64,000 nucleotides of DNA, from positions 62,001-126,000 of the forward strand of contig NIVC01000867.1 in the NCBI GenBank assembly GCA_002269645.1. Reading direction: 5' to 3'. The notes under the pieces were generated by a model. The model saw nothing but the letters and a program-made list of their open reading frames with translations, did not search any database and was not told the DNA's origin. Positions within the stretch are counted from its first letter, which is position 1, and every line of letters starts with the position of its first letter. Origin of the DNA: Macrostomum lignano (taxonomy: Eukaryota). This document shows, in pieces, positions 34,385-47,534 of the stretch. The translations under genes were made by a program, and so were the position numbers.

Positions 34385-35228
34385 TCAACTAGGAATCAAA
34401 TATGGGGAATCAGAGATGGGGAATCAGAGATGTGGATTCACGAATTGGGAATTAGAGATGGGGATTTATATGGGGAATCAGATGGGGAATTAGATGGGGA
34501 ATCAGGAATGGGGGATCAGAGATGGGGAATCAGATGTGGAATCGGATGGGGAATTAGATGGGGAATCAGATGGGGAATTAGATGGGGAATCAGGAATGGG
34601 GGATCAGAGATGGGGAATCAGATGGGGAATCGGATGGGGAATCAGATGGGGAATCAGAGATGGGGAATCAGATGGGGAATTAGATGGGGAATCAGGAATG
34701 GGGGATCAGAGATGGGGAATCAGATGGGGAATCGGATGGGGAATCAGATGGGGAATCAGAGATGGGGAATCAGATGGGGAATCGGATGGGGAATCAGATG
34801 GGGAATCAGAGATGTGGATTCACGAATCGGGAATTAGAGATGGGGATTTAGATGGGGAATCTGATGGGGATTCAGATGGGGAATCAGAGATGTGGAATCA
34901 GATAGGGAATCAGAGATGGGGATACAGATGGAGAATCAGATGTGGAATCAGATGGGGAATCAGAGATGGGGAATCAGAGATGTGGATACGCGAATGGGGA
35001 ATCAGAGATGGGGAATCAGATGGGGAATCAGATGGGGAATCGGATGGAGAATCAGAGATGGGGATTGTATGGGGAATCAAGAATGGGGATTCAGATGAGG
35101 AATCAGATGGGTAATCAGGCGGGGAATCAGAAATGAATTGATTCGGATGGGGAATCGGGAATGTGGAATCAGATGGGGAATCAGAGATGGGGAATCAGAT
35201 GGCGAATCAGGAATGGGGAATCAGATGG
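34385..35228. repeat. Degenerate 12-bp minisatellite (ATGGGGAATCAG)
   Basis: Direct inspection. Confidence 0.93.
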
Positions 35229-35643
35229 AAACGGCAGATTAATTTAGAAGTGATAGTATGAAAATATTTTGATGCACCAAAAAAAGGAAATAAAGAAACA
35301 TTAACAAAAAAAAATTTTATTTAAAAAATAATACAAAAATATCATAAATAGACCCATTACTCATAAGTTATATTTAAAAGTACACCAATAAAAAGTTACA
35401 ACAAGAAATTATAAAGTTCAGCTGTAAAATTTCTACAAAAAAATCCAGTTCATCATCAAATAAAAAATACACTTTTTTAACTTCTGTCAGTTGAATAAAA
35501 TCCATAAAAAATCAATATAAGTCAGGTGAGGCATCAATTCGCTAGCAACCTTGATTAATCAACAACAGACTTAATTGAGTCTGTTCAAGAAAATGAAACT
35601 TTCTCAGTACTCAAATACTACTGTTAATAAAAAGTAATCATTT

Positions 35644-38600
35644 TTAAGTAGAATTTTTTAATTTAGTTTTGCTTACTGCGCCGCTATTTTTATTACTATT
35701 AGTAGTAGCAGTAGCATTGTTGGCGTGATCGTTGCTGCGACTTGCTGAGCCTGTCTTCTTATTGGTTGAAGCTGTGGAAGATGCCGCTGAGGATGCTGAG
35801 GTCTTTGGCCGTCTGTCCGGCTTTGTTGCCTGCGCAGATTTTCCTGCGGCAGATTTTGAATCAGCGCCACGTTTTGCGCCGTGACTGCCGAGCACAATGC
35901 CGCTTTTAGAGTCCACCTGCGGTTTCCACGGTTGGAGACAGGGTTTCCATGCAGTTACTCCCTCATTCTATGAAAAGCGGAAAGGGCAGATTCCCGGTGG
36001 GTGTCGGAGATAGAGGGGCGGATTCCCGGTGGGTGTCGGAGATAGAGGGGCGGATTCCCGGTGGGTGTCAGGGATGTAGAGGGGCGGATTTCCGGAGGGT
36101 GTCAGAGATAGAGGGGCGGATTCCCGGTGGGTGTCAGGGATGGAGAGGGGCGGATTTCCGGTGGGTGTCAGAGATAGAGGGGCGGATTCCCGGTGGGTTT
36201 CAGGGATGGAGAGGGGCGGATTTCCGGTGGGTGTCAGAGATAGAGAAGCGGATACCCGGTGGGTGTCAGGGATGGAGAGGGGCAGATTTCCGGTGGGTGT
36301 CAGGGATGGAGAGGGGCGGATTCCCGGTGGGTGTCAGGGATGGAGAGGGGCGGATTCCGGTGGGTGTCAGGGACGGAGAGGGGCGGATTCCCGGTGGGTG
36401 TCAGGGATGGAGAGGGGCGGATTCCCGGTGGGTGTCAGGGATGGAGAGGGGCGGATTCCCGGTGGGTGTCAGGATAGAGGGGCGGATTCCCAACGCTGCC
36501 GAGGCACGAACCATTCTCCATCTGAGATCCTCGCACAGAACTTCCATCTCGTGATTTTTCTTAATCCAACCCTGCGCGGCGCCTTCCAGTGCTTTCTCCT
36601 GGCGCCGGTTCAATCGTTCGAGTTCGGCCAGCTTCTTCTCGAGGTCGTGGTGCTCTTTTTCGCTGGCTTCGAGTAGTCGCTGGAATGACAACGAAGTTGG
36701 GGTGTCAGATGGTCGTCGATTTGGGGTGTCAGTTGGTCATCAATTTGGGGTGTCAGATGGTCTTCAATTTGGGGTTTCAGATGGTCGTCGATTTGGGGTG
36801 TCAGTTGGTCATCAATTTGGGGTGTCAGATGGTTGTCAATTTGGAGTGTCAGATGGTCGTCAATTTGGGGTGCTGCAGTTGGTCATCAATTTTGGGTGTC
36901 AGATGGTCTTCAATTTGGGGTTTCAGATGGTCGTCGATTTGGGGTGTCAGATGGTCGCTAACTTGGGTTGTCAGGGCTAGTCAGCTAAAGGTTTCAGTTG
37001 GTCATCAATTTGGGTTGTCAGATGGTCTTCAATTTGGGTTGTCAGATGGTCTTCAATTTGGGGTGTCAGATGGTCGTCAATTTGGGTTGTCAGATGGTCT
37101 TCAATTTTGGGTGTCAGATGGTCTTCAATTTGGGTTGTCAGATGGTCTTCAATTTGGGATGTCAGATGATCGTTATTTTTTGTGTCAGATGGTTGCTAAC
37201 CTTGGATGTCAGGGGTAGTCAGATAAAGGTATCAGACAGTCTTTCATTTGGCGTGTCAGATGGGCGTCAATTTGGGGTGTTAGATGAAAATCGGCCACCA
37301 CAAAAACTAATTTAAGGTCACTACGTGCAGGGTACATGTAATTTATTGATTTATGACCTCACCTGAGCGATGCACTTTTCCTCCTGAGCTTTCCTAATCG
37401 CCGCTCTCTGCTGCGTGCTCTCGTAATTGCCATTCTTCATCTCCTCTTTACCCTGGGCGATGTCGGACTCCAGCTGCTGGATCTGGGCTTCGATTCGTTT
37501 TCGATCATCTTGAGCCTCCTTGGTGGCCGCCCATTCGAGCATTTCATTCTCCTGAGCCTCCTGCAGCTCTTGGTAGTGTTTTACAACGTCACGTGATCGG
37601 GCCAGTTCGACGGACAGTTCTTGGATTCGCTTTTCGGCTGAAAATGAGAAATAAAGTACACAAAGTCCCGGGTTCGATTCCTCGATGCCAGCGACAAACA
37701 GTAGATGCGAGTCATGCAAAGTCACACTAAACTACTCATAAAACCTATGAGTCATGCCAATGCCAAATCATTTATTGTTGTGAGACTCACCAGCCTTAGC
37801 GGCAGCGTCCAGCTTCTTCAACCTCTGCATCCCTTGAGACCTCTCCAGCTCCAAGTCCTCCCTCAGTCTGCGGTTCAGCTTCTGCAGCAGCACAATGTCA
37901 TCCGCCTGCTGTTTGATTCGAATCTCAAGCATGATGTAGTCGGGTTCAGAGCCCGAACCGTACGTGCTGTACGTGTAGGACAGCGAGTCGCCATAGGAGG
38001 AGTGTCTGAACAAAAGTAAAAAAAATCGCATTTAATTAAATTCGCCTTTTAAGTTTAACTTCAGTAGTCAGACCTCTTAAAATATCTTACACTAATAAAA
38101 TAAATATAAATTTACAGTACTGCATAGTTCATGGATTCTTTTTAAAATTTTACAAAGAGACCATAGCGCTTAGTTTAATTTTCACCAGTGTAAGCTCACA
38201 GCAAAATAGACTGTAAGACAGTCAGTCGACCAAAAATATTCAATTTGAAATTTTGCTAAGCTTAAAAAATCTCAACTTTGCAACGAAATGATGATTCAGT
38301 AGACCTAAATAAATTTTTTATCAATGCATTTTCTACATGGATCAGAACACAGTTTAGTATTTTAGATCTTTAGATCTATGTAGCTACGTCTTGCTAAGAG
38401 CTTTTATACATGCAAGATGAGCCAAATGAGCCAAACTAAAATGAGCCAAATTCTAAAACGACCAAATATTAGTATAAAAGTTTTAAAATCGAGACTTCAG
38501 GCTGGTCCTACATATTAAAGTTTATATAACGAGCTCTGATATAAGCACTGCCATAGATTATTTTCTGCTGATGATACTGTCACACATGCCATAGGACTAA

Positions 38601-38701
38601 GACTAACAAAAACAATGACGAACAACAAAAGAAAAAACTTACTGAGATGACGAATCATACTCAGATTTAGAGCCTCTTGGACTTGCCTTGCCTTGTGACA
38701 T
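35644..38701 (-). CDS. Uncharacterised coiled-coil protein, ~329 aa, with S/Y-rich N-terminus and low-complexity S/T/K tail
   Basis: Phase-consistent exons 38701-38643, 38005-37791, 37637-37363, 36679-36512 (weak GTTCGT donor), 35916-35644; heptad-rich middle exons. Confidence 0.75.
35985..36490. repeat. Second array of the 34-bp G-rich minisatellite
   Basis: Same unit as 32757-34165, more diverged. Confidence 0.93.
36697..37280. repeat. 24-bp intronic minisatellite (GGGGTGTCAGATGGTCTTCAATTT)
   Basis: Direct inspection. Confidence 0.92.
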
Positions 38702-39313
38702 TGAATAATGCTTAAAGCAATCCTAATCAAAAGTTAAAAATAAAAAAATCAGGCTTACAACTGCATAATGTTATCGACAATTGACGAATGCCACATGCAA
38801 AACTGTGATTAAATTATTTATCGCCATGAAGTTAAAATGAGCATCAACTCATGTTACCTAAAATTAGTTACTCTATAAGAAACAAAAAAATATTATTACA
38901 CAACATTAAAAAACTCATTTACCTTAATTTTAGAGATTAACGTAGCAAGTGTGATTCATTTATTATACTTCGTTTAGTGAACTATCAAATTTAAATTTCA
39001 CAATCGACAAACTTAAAAAATTATCTATTTCCATAGTTACACCTCACAGAACAACCTTCCATCGTGTCCATGCTACTCTTGTTCCAGTTATATTCACCAC
39101 TTTAATTTTGTCATTGTATCTAATTTTTCCTGTTTCGACTAGTCAAATTTTAAGATTGTATTTTTTTATTTACGGTTAATCACTTAGTGCTAATGTTTAA
39201 GATAAAGTAGGCCTGTCTAGCTTCCTAGCTATAGAACAGACTGTCTACAGTCTACTGTCTAAACAGCTTCTATCTGGACGGTTGACAGAACGTGAAAAGA
39301 TAAGCGACTAATA

Positions 39314-42300
39314 ATGGCTCCACCGAAGTTAATTTTTTACTTAGCTTATGCTCTTTGCTTGTGTTTGTCTTGTTCAGCGAATTCAGTGGTCTCCAGCCTA
39401 GAATCAGATGGAAGATATGATCAGAAACAGGAATGCATGGTTTTACAGTCAAAAGTCTGCACTGATCTGCCTTACAATCGAACCAACTTTCCAAATATTC
39501 TGGGTCATCAAACTCAAGAAGATGCTGACAGAGAAATTGAAAGTTACAAAGCACTTATTAATGTAAAGTGCAGTTCAACACTGAAGCTATTTCTTTGTGT
39601 GCTTTATTTCCCTGTCTGCAATGTGCTTCGTGCTCATTTAAAGCCTTGTCGATCTCTTTGTGAAGAAAATAGAAGAAAATGTGAACCAGTAATGTTGAGA
39701 TTCAACTTTGGGGTAAGTTATTATATTATAATTTGTATTATAGTCATTTTTATTACTATATTAGAATTTAGTATAACTATTGAATTAAATACAATTGTTT
39801 ATTTCTATATAATAGAATATTTGTAAGGCAGTGCTTATCCCCACAGTAATGTAGAAGTAGGAATAATTTCTAGACCTATTTTATTCCAATGATACCATAG
39901 CATAGGAACAGTGGCGCAACCAGGGGGGTGGGCGGGGGGCGGTCGCCCCCCTTAGGCGGGGGACCAAAAAAAAAAATCAAAGGGGGGACCAAGCGAATTT
40001 TCGCCAAAAACAGAGCCACCCCTCCGCCGCCCCCCCTCCCGGGACTTTACCCTCAGAATCCGCCCCCCCCCTTGATAAATTTCTGGTTGCGCTACTGCAT
40101 AGGAATAATTTTCTATTTATTCGCATGGCACACTAATACAATAGCTGCTCCTATCTTATATCTTCTATTAGTGATAGAAGATAGTGATAGATGATGGTGA
40201 TAGACATACCAAAAGATCATCTGTAGTTGTTTTTATACTAGCCATTTCTATTTTTCTATCAATTCTTATACCAAGGCTAATGTTTGTCTAGAATTATGCC
40301 AGAGATTCTTAGTGTAACTATAACAAACTGGATTATGGAGCTAATGCTGCATAAATATTATTATAGGCCTATTCTAGAGTTTGGACAAGATCTTGATCTT
40401 GCAATTAATATTTAAGATTTTGACTTTTTTCTTGGTGGAATCTTGATTAAATCAATTTTTAAAAAGTGCCAAAAATCTAAGATATAAAATAAAATAAAAT
40501 AAAGACCCCTAGGTTACAAGTATAACTTTGGCCATAAACTTTGCTATGATCAAGTATTCTATCATTTTTTCTAAATAATACACTAAATAATACACTATAA
40601 AAAACACTTTTCAGTTTTCTCATAATAAATTTGGTATTGTTTTTAATCTACCCTAAAAGTTAGTGGCTTATTTTAGCTTTCATGCCACAAAAGTCTGATT
40701 TTTATAAGTGCTGTAAGTGCTATAAGTAGCATGCATTTGTTTGCATACCCTTAGCCATAGAAATACACACCGCATAGTGCTTCTATGCTCACTCAGAAGA
40801 AAGCCACAAGTAGAGCTGATCAAGCACAGAGTTGCAAGACAGCAGCTGCAATATTTGTTCCAGTCATGGACCCTAATATTCACTCTACAGAAGGGCGGAG
40901 ACACAAATTTTACACTTTAAAGTCTTGGTCAGAGATGCCCTGAAATTCACAAAAACTTGACCCGCATTCATGGTCCCAATGCCATCAGTCAACAAATGGT
41001 TTACAGGTGGATCGAACAGTTCTAGTCTGGCTTTAGGTATCAAAGGCCAACCACCTTTGGGTAAGTTGGCAAAACATACTGCTAGCCAGCCTCAAACTGT
41101 TGTCTTGCAACTCTGTGCTTGATCAGCTATACTTGTGGCTTTCTTCTGAGTGAGCATAAAAGCACTTTGCAGTGTGTATTTCTATGGCTAAGGGTATGTG
41201 AACAAATGCATGCTGCTTATAGCAAGAAGCACTTATAAAAATCAGACTTTTGTGGCATAAAAGCTAAAATAAGCCGCTAACTTTTAAGGCAGATGATTTT
41301 TTTAACACACATTAATGCTTATGGAAGCAAGCAAAAGTGACACTACTTCTAGGACACCCCTCGTAGTAGGCTGACCCAATCTTTCATCTTTTGATATGTT
41401 GTGCTTTATAGTTCTATATATATTTATATAGCCTTTTGTTGAAAAAGTTTTTTTATTAGAGGCAGGGGGGTTGTGTGCACCCTGGCGCACTTTAAGCGAC
41501 ATAGGCACACAACCGGCGAGAGGCATTACTGCCCATTCCGCCGACTCCCCTGAGCAGGCATACAAGCGCGCGGATACGTACGCAGGCACACACTCACACA
41601 GGAGTGCACAGCGGCCCTAACTTTATATTATCGTTAGGCATGTACACTTCACTGGGCCTTGGGGGGTTGGCTCTCAAGGCCGTTAATTGCACAAGCAGAG
41701 CCAAGCCGAGATTCCAATTCAGCCCCAAATTAATGTGACTGCACTTGGAATCGAGCCTGGGTCGCTGGCACACCAGAGCAGCTGCGCTACCGCTGGGCTA
41801 CGGCCCCCCTGTTGAAAAAGTTAGGATGTTATGATTATTTTTTATTCTACATACAATTATTGTTATCTGTGTCTAAAAAAATCTTTAAAATAACACAGCT
41901 TAACTCATTGGTTGTATATTTAGTCATTCTTAGCTAACTGTGTATCACTATTTGTATCAGATATAAAACAGATTCATAAAATCAAAGAGTTGAGCTATGT
42001 CGTGCATTTTTATGATTTTTATGTACAGGAAAAAATGTGAACATAAATTAAAATGAAAAGTTGACAAAAAAAACTCTAATTTTCTGCAATCAGAAGGTTG
42101 TGATTCTTAACAAAAGGGCATGAATTTAAACCTTCAAGATATTATTTGTGCCAGAATTTTCATAGTATAGTGATATGGCGTATTAAAATTGTATCCTATG
42201 CCCCATTGCCCACATAGGGCATAGAGCCAGCTAGACCCTGAAAGGTTACATATAAGTCAGAAATTTCTTGCTTACAAATGACCTCTTTATGTTAATGTGT

Positions 42301-45300
42301 CACCACTCAGAATCGCATTGAATGCACTTTATAACAACCCCATTATAAACACAATTCTCACATCTAGTGGGCCGAGAATCTCCGCTGCGACCAATTCCAA
42401 TACCACAGCGAGAACAAACTGTGCATCAATGATAACTCGACTGATAATCAGCGAGACAGCCAGCCTGCGGAAAAGTCATTGCTAACCTTCAAGTGTCCCG
42501 ACGTCCTGCTGCCTGGCAGGTTGAAATCAAATCCTATTAAAATTGGCAGAAGCGAAGTTAGCTGCAGCCTGCCTTGCAATACTACATTTTTTGCCAGTCA
42601 GGAGCAGAGGAGATTTGCGCGTCATTGGGTTCTGGTTTGGGCGGTTGTCTGCTTCCTCTTCACCTTGCTGTCCGTGATCACCTTCCTGTTAGACCAGACC
42701 AGATTCCAGTATCCCGAGCGACCGTTTGTGTACATAATCATGTGCTACTGTATGATGTCAGCTGTGTACATTACTGGCTATGGCCTTGGTGATAGCGTCA
42801 GCTGCGCAACCAATCCCAATAATCCCAATGCTACTCGTGTACTGGTTCGCGGAACCAATCAGAACACGCCGTGCGCTATACTGTTTATGGTCGAGTATTT
42901 CTTTATGATGGCCAGTTCGCTTTGGTGGCTAATACTCACATTTACCTGGTTGCTAGCCAGCTCATTTCAGTGGGCCCAGGAGTCAATCTCTAATTTGGCT
43001 CACTATTTTCACTTTCTGGCCTGGGCTGTGCCGGCCGCAATGACTATTACTCTGCTCATTTTGGGCGAAGTTGAGGCCGACAGTCTCACTGGTGAGAGAG
43101 GGCTGCAATTCAATAAATTGTTTTACGACTTTACGTATTACGTTTCAATGGCTGTAGTTTCCTTTACTTATGTCGCTCTCAGTTATCTAGAATCCACTTG
43201 TAGAATCGCCCCTAGAATCTACCCATAGTTTCGCCCCTAGAATCCACCTGTAGAATCGCCCCTAGAATCCACCTGTAGAATCACCCCTAGAATCCACCTG
43301 TAGAATCGCCCCTAGAATCCACCTGTAGAATCGCCCCTAGAATCCACCTGTAGAATCGCCCCTAGCATCCGTTGTAGAATCGCCCCTAGAATCCCCCTGT
43401 AGAATCGCCCCTAGAATCCACCTGTAGAATCGCCCCTAGAATCCACCTGTAGAATCGCCCCTAGCATCCGTTGTAGAATCGCCCCTAGAATCCCCCTGTA
43501 GAATCGCCCCTAGAAACCACCTGTAGAATCGCCCCTAGAATCCACCTGTAGAATCGCCCCTAGAATCCACCTGTAGAATCGCCCCTAGAATCCACCTGTA
43601 GAATCGCCCCTAGAATCCACCTGTAGAATCGCCTCTAGAATCGCCCCTAGAATCCACCTGTAGAATCGCCCCTAGCATCCCTTGTAGAATCGCCCCTAGA
43701 ATCCACCTGTAGAATCGCCCCTAGAAGTCACCTGTAGAATCGCCCCTAGAATCCACCTGTAGAATCGCCCCTAGCATCCCTTGTAGAATCGCCCCTAGAA
43801 TCCACCTGTAGAATCGCCCCTAGAAGTCACCTGTAGAATCGCCCCTAGAATCCCCTGTAGTATCGCCCCTAGCATCCCTTGTAGAATCACCCCTAGAATC
43901 CCCTGTAGAATCGCCCCTAGAAGTCACCTGTAGAATCGCCCCTAGCATCCCTTGTAGAATCACCCCTAGAATCCCCTGTAGTATCGCCCCTAGAATCCAC
44001 CCGTAGTTTCGCCCCTAGAATCCACCTGTAAAATCGCCCCTTAGCATCCCTTGCAGAATCACCCCTAGAATCCACCTGTAGAATCGCCTCTAGAATCCCC
44101 TGTAGTATCGCCCCTAGAATCCACCTGTAGAATCGCCCCTAGAATCCACCTGTAGAATCGCCCCTAGAATCCCCTGTAGAATCGCCCCTAGAATCCCCTG
44201 TAGAATCGCCCCTAGAATCCTGTAGGATCGCCTCAGAATCCACCTGTAGAATCGCCCCTAGAATCCAACTGTAGAATCGCCCCTAGAAACCACCTGTAGA
44301 ATCGCCCCTAGAATCCCCTGTAGAATCGCCCCTAGAATCCTGTAGGATCGCCTCAGAATCCACCTGTAGAATCGCCCCTAGAATCCACCTGTAGAATCGC
44401 CCCTAGAAACCACCTGTAGAATCGCCCCTAGAATCCACCTGTAGAATCGCCCCTAGAAACCACCTGTAGAATCGCCCCTAGAATCCCCTGTAGAATCGCC
44501 TCAGAATCCACCTGTAGAATCGCCCCTAGAATCCACCTGTAGAATCGCCCCTAGAAACCACCTGTAGAATCGCCCCTAGAATCCACCTGTAGAATCGCCC
44601 CTAGAATCCCCTGTAGAATCGCCCCTAGAATCCTGTAGGATCGCCTCAGAATCCACCTGTAGAATCGCCCCTAGAATCCACCTGTAGAATCGCCCCTAGA
44701 AACCACCTGTAGAATCGCCCCTAGAATCCCCCTGTAGAATCGCCCCTAGAAGACAATTGACGTCAGCGCACTTTGTCACCCCCAATGCAGGCATCTGTTT
44801 CACTGGCATCACCAACCGGGACATCCTGCTCGGCTTTGTAATTATACCGAACTCGATCTTCCTTCTACTGGGAGTCGTCTTCCTTCTAATTGGTTTTGCG
44901 TCGCTAATCAAAATTCGCCGATTCGTGAAAAGTCAAAGCGGCGGTCGAACTGAGAAATTTGAGAAGTTGATCATGCGAATTGGATTCTTAGGCGCGCTCT
45001 ACATTGTGCCGGCGTTCGTCACTCTGGGCATTTGGACATACGAAGCCGCCGAGATGCCTTACTGGATGATTGGCTGGTGGCAGAGAATCTGCACAGAATA
45101 TGGCATCACATGCCCGGCCGAGGCGGCGGCGAAGGTCGCCAAAGCAGCTGCCGCCATGGCCGCTGGGGGCAGCGCCAGGGACTATGTAGCCTTAGCTAAC
45201 CAACAGCGCGAAGTGGCCGAAAAGCTTGCTGTGGAACAGCTTGCCTCAGATCCAGCCTCTGTTGAACTGGCTAGCCAACTTGCTGCAGCTTCTAATAGCG

Positions 45301-45644
45301 AGCCTAGGTTCGAGTTTATCATGCTGAAATATCTGACCTCCCAGATTATTGGCATATCATTCTCTCTGTGGGTGTGGAGTAATAAGACTATGAAGGCTTG
45401 GTACCGCCTGCTGCAGTGCCGCTTGTCGCCGCCAAGGCAGACAGCTAATAGTAACAATGGCGCGACTGTTGCTAACGGAGTCAGTCAGCCTGTTGTAGAT
45501 CCAGTTCCGGATTTCCGGCATCCTATGCTGGCTCCTCAGGCTCAGAGTCTGCTTCAGCAGCAGCAACAGCAATTGCAACAGCATCCGAATAATGCTTCCC
45601 GGCTAGCTTATTTCAGCAATGAAGAGCAGAGGATCATTATTTGA
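39314..45644 (+). CDS. FZD: Frizzled-family Wnt receptor (subfamily not assigned)
   Basis: Exons 39314-39712, 42368-43091, 44791-45644, phase-consistent; signal peptide, Cys-rich CRD (CTDLPYNRTNFPNILGH...PCRSLC...FGWAENLRC), 7TM with YPERP and YFHFLAW, KTxxxW motif (KTMKAW). Confidence 0.96.
39909..40097. mobile_element. hAT-type MITE (189 bp)
   Basis: TIRs CAGTGGCGCAACCAG / CTGGTTGCGCTACTG; perfect 8-bp TSD CATAGGAA. Confidence 0.92.
40651..41289. mobile_element. Foldback-like mariner-derived non-autonomous element
   Basis: ~195-bp imperfect inverted arms (40651-40845 / 41097-41289), TA on the left; core encodes a mariner HTH remnant (EIHKNLTRIHGPNAISQQMVYRWIEQF). Confidence 0.8.
41450..41809 (-). 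mobile_element. tRNA-derived SINE, family B
   Basis: Minus-strand head GGGGCCGTAGCCCAGCGG (A box) and GGCTCGATTCC (B box), A-rich tail, 13-bp TSD TGTTGAAAAAGTT (41437-41449, 41810-41822). Confidence 0.85.
43195..44750. repeat. 25-bp intronic minisatellite (GTAGAATCGCCCCTAGAATCCACCT)
   Basis: Fills Frizzled intron 2. Confidence 0.97.
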
Positions 45645-45794
45645 TAAATTGATTGATTGATCTGATTATTGTCCTAATCTAGTCTGTCAGTAAACTTTTG
45701 CTTCATTTTTACCGTCTATTTTACTTAGAAACTGAAGCTGAAATTCTGAGTTTCAGACCTTCGTGGTTATTATGCGTCATGTATGATATAGTCT

Positions 45795-46390
45795 ATCAGG
45801 TGTGACTAATCAGATCTATCAGGTGTGACTAATTAGATCTATCAGGTGTGACTAATTAGATCTATCAGGTGTGACTAATTAGATCTATCAGGTGTCACTT
45901 ATTAAATATATCAGGTGTGACTAATCAGATCTATCAGGTGTGACTAATTAGATCTATCAGGTGTGACTAATTAGATCTATCAGGTGTGACTAATTAGATC
46001 TATCAGGTGTCACTTATTAAATATATCAGGTGTGACAAATCAGATCTATCAGGTGTGACTAATTAGATCTATCAGGTGTGACTAATTAGATCTATCAGGT
46101 GTGACCAATTAGATCTATCAGGTGTGGCTAATTAGATCTATCAGGTGTGACTAATTAGATCTATCAGGTGTGACTAATCAGATCTATCAGGTGTGACTAA
46201 TTAGATCTATCAGGTGTGACTAATCAGATCTATCAGGTGTGACTAATTAGATCTATCAGGTGTGACTAATTAGATCTATCAGGTGTGACTAATCAGATCT
46301 ATCAGGTGTGGATAATTAGATCTATCATGTGTGACTAGTTAGATCTATCAGGTGTGACCAATTAGATCCATCAGTTGACTAATTAGATCA
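45795..46390. repeat. 23-bp minisatellite (ATCTATCAGGTGTGACTAATTAG) downstream of the Frizzled stop
   Basis: Direct inspection. Confidence 0.95.
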
Positions 46391-47534
46391 AACTGCTGTA
46401 CTCAATTAGACCAATCGCGTTTTGCATATTACACTGATTCTCAAAGCTTCTCATACATAACTGTGTGACCTGACCTCGTTTTTGACTAACGTTTATTGTT
46501 GAATTCAATTAATTCGAGTTTAAGTAGACTTTTACAGTAACTAACCAGTAAGATTAGCTATGAGCAGGCCTACATACTGCTTACGGTCGTGTCGAATGGC
46601 AAACTTCGAGCTTGTAAATTTTTTTATATTTCTCAAAAATGTTTTAATAACGTTTTCTATTATTTTGTTATTTTGTTCATTTTAAAAGTTGTGTATAAAA
46701 TTACAGTTTATAGATTTAGTTATACACAGTTAGTGTATGTCAGCTAAACAGTTTTTTGTATATTTTGTGTTTTTATAAATATTATTAACTGTAATTATGC
46801 TTTTTGTACATTGGTACAAGCGCTTTTTACGAATAATAACCCAGCACCCCATAGGAAACGCTAGCCTTTATTGTTTGTTTAACTTTGTTGTACTTTTATT
46901 CTATTACTGACTATGTTATATATTTGCTTCACCCCCTCGCCTTGGAAACTAATGGTATTTATTCACGCTACTCAAAATTGCGCGGCTTCCATAATTCGCA
47001 AGACTCAACTCTCTTTTAAGGAAATGACGAGGGAATTTTAACAAAACTAAAATCTCCAGTTCTGTTTAGTTTCAAACTGTTACTGCCAGTTATGATAAGA
47101 GTTTTACTTATAATATGTAGTATTTTGTACTTATTGTTTGTCATTGTATGGAATTGATGCCTGCTCATTCAGTTTAATGCTTCTCTGCTGTTGGTTACTT
47201 ATTAATAAACTATTATTTTGCTTTTGCTTTCATCTGTGCGTTGCTTTTGCGTTTTTTTGCTTGGAAAAAAACACTATAATAAAGCCTTAACCTCTTGTCT
47301 ACCATCACTGTGCCGCGTACTTTATCTGATTAGTAAAAAAAATTAAATATACTAATTTTATTGTATTCTTTCACAGTTTTATTTCAACCGCTTTGCTGCT
47401 GTTGCATTGAAATCATCTTTTCTCGTCTTTTTAGACAATTTTTAGTCCCCATTTTGGGTTATTTTTGCGGAAATTTTTATCATTGCACCGTGCGTCGTTC
47501 GATTCACATATTTATGAGACTAAATAATAACTGA

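Noticed and set aside
32637-35136. G-rich repeat ORFs (GRIPGGCQGWRGAD…, GESDGE…)
   Set aside because: Intronic or intergenic minisatellites; the real coding exons here are on the minus strand (DECR2)
38515-38730. ORF with a signal-peptide-like FFLLLFVIVFV stretch
   Set aside because: That stretch is the T-rich intron start after a perfect GTAAGT donor (38642); the coding exon is in another frame
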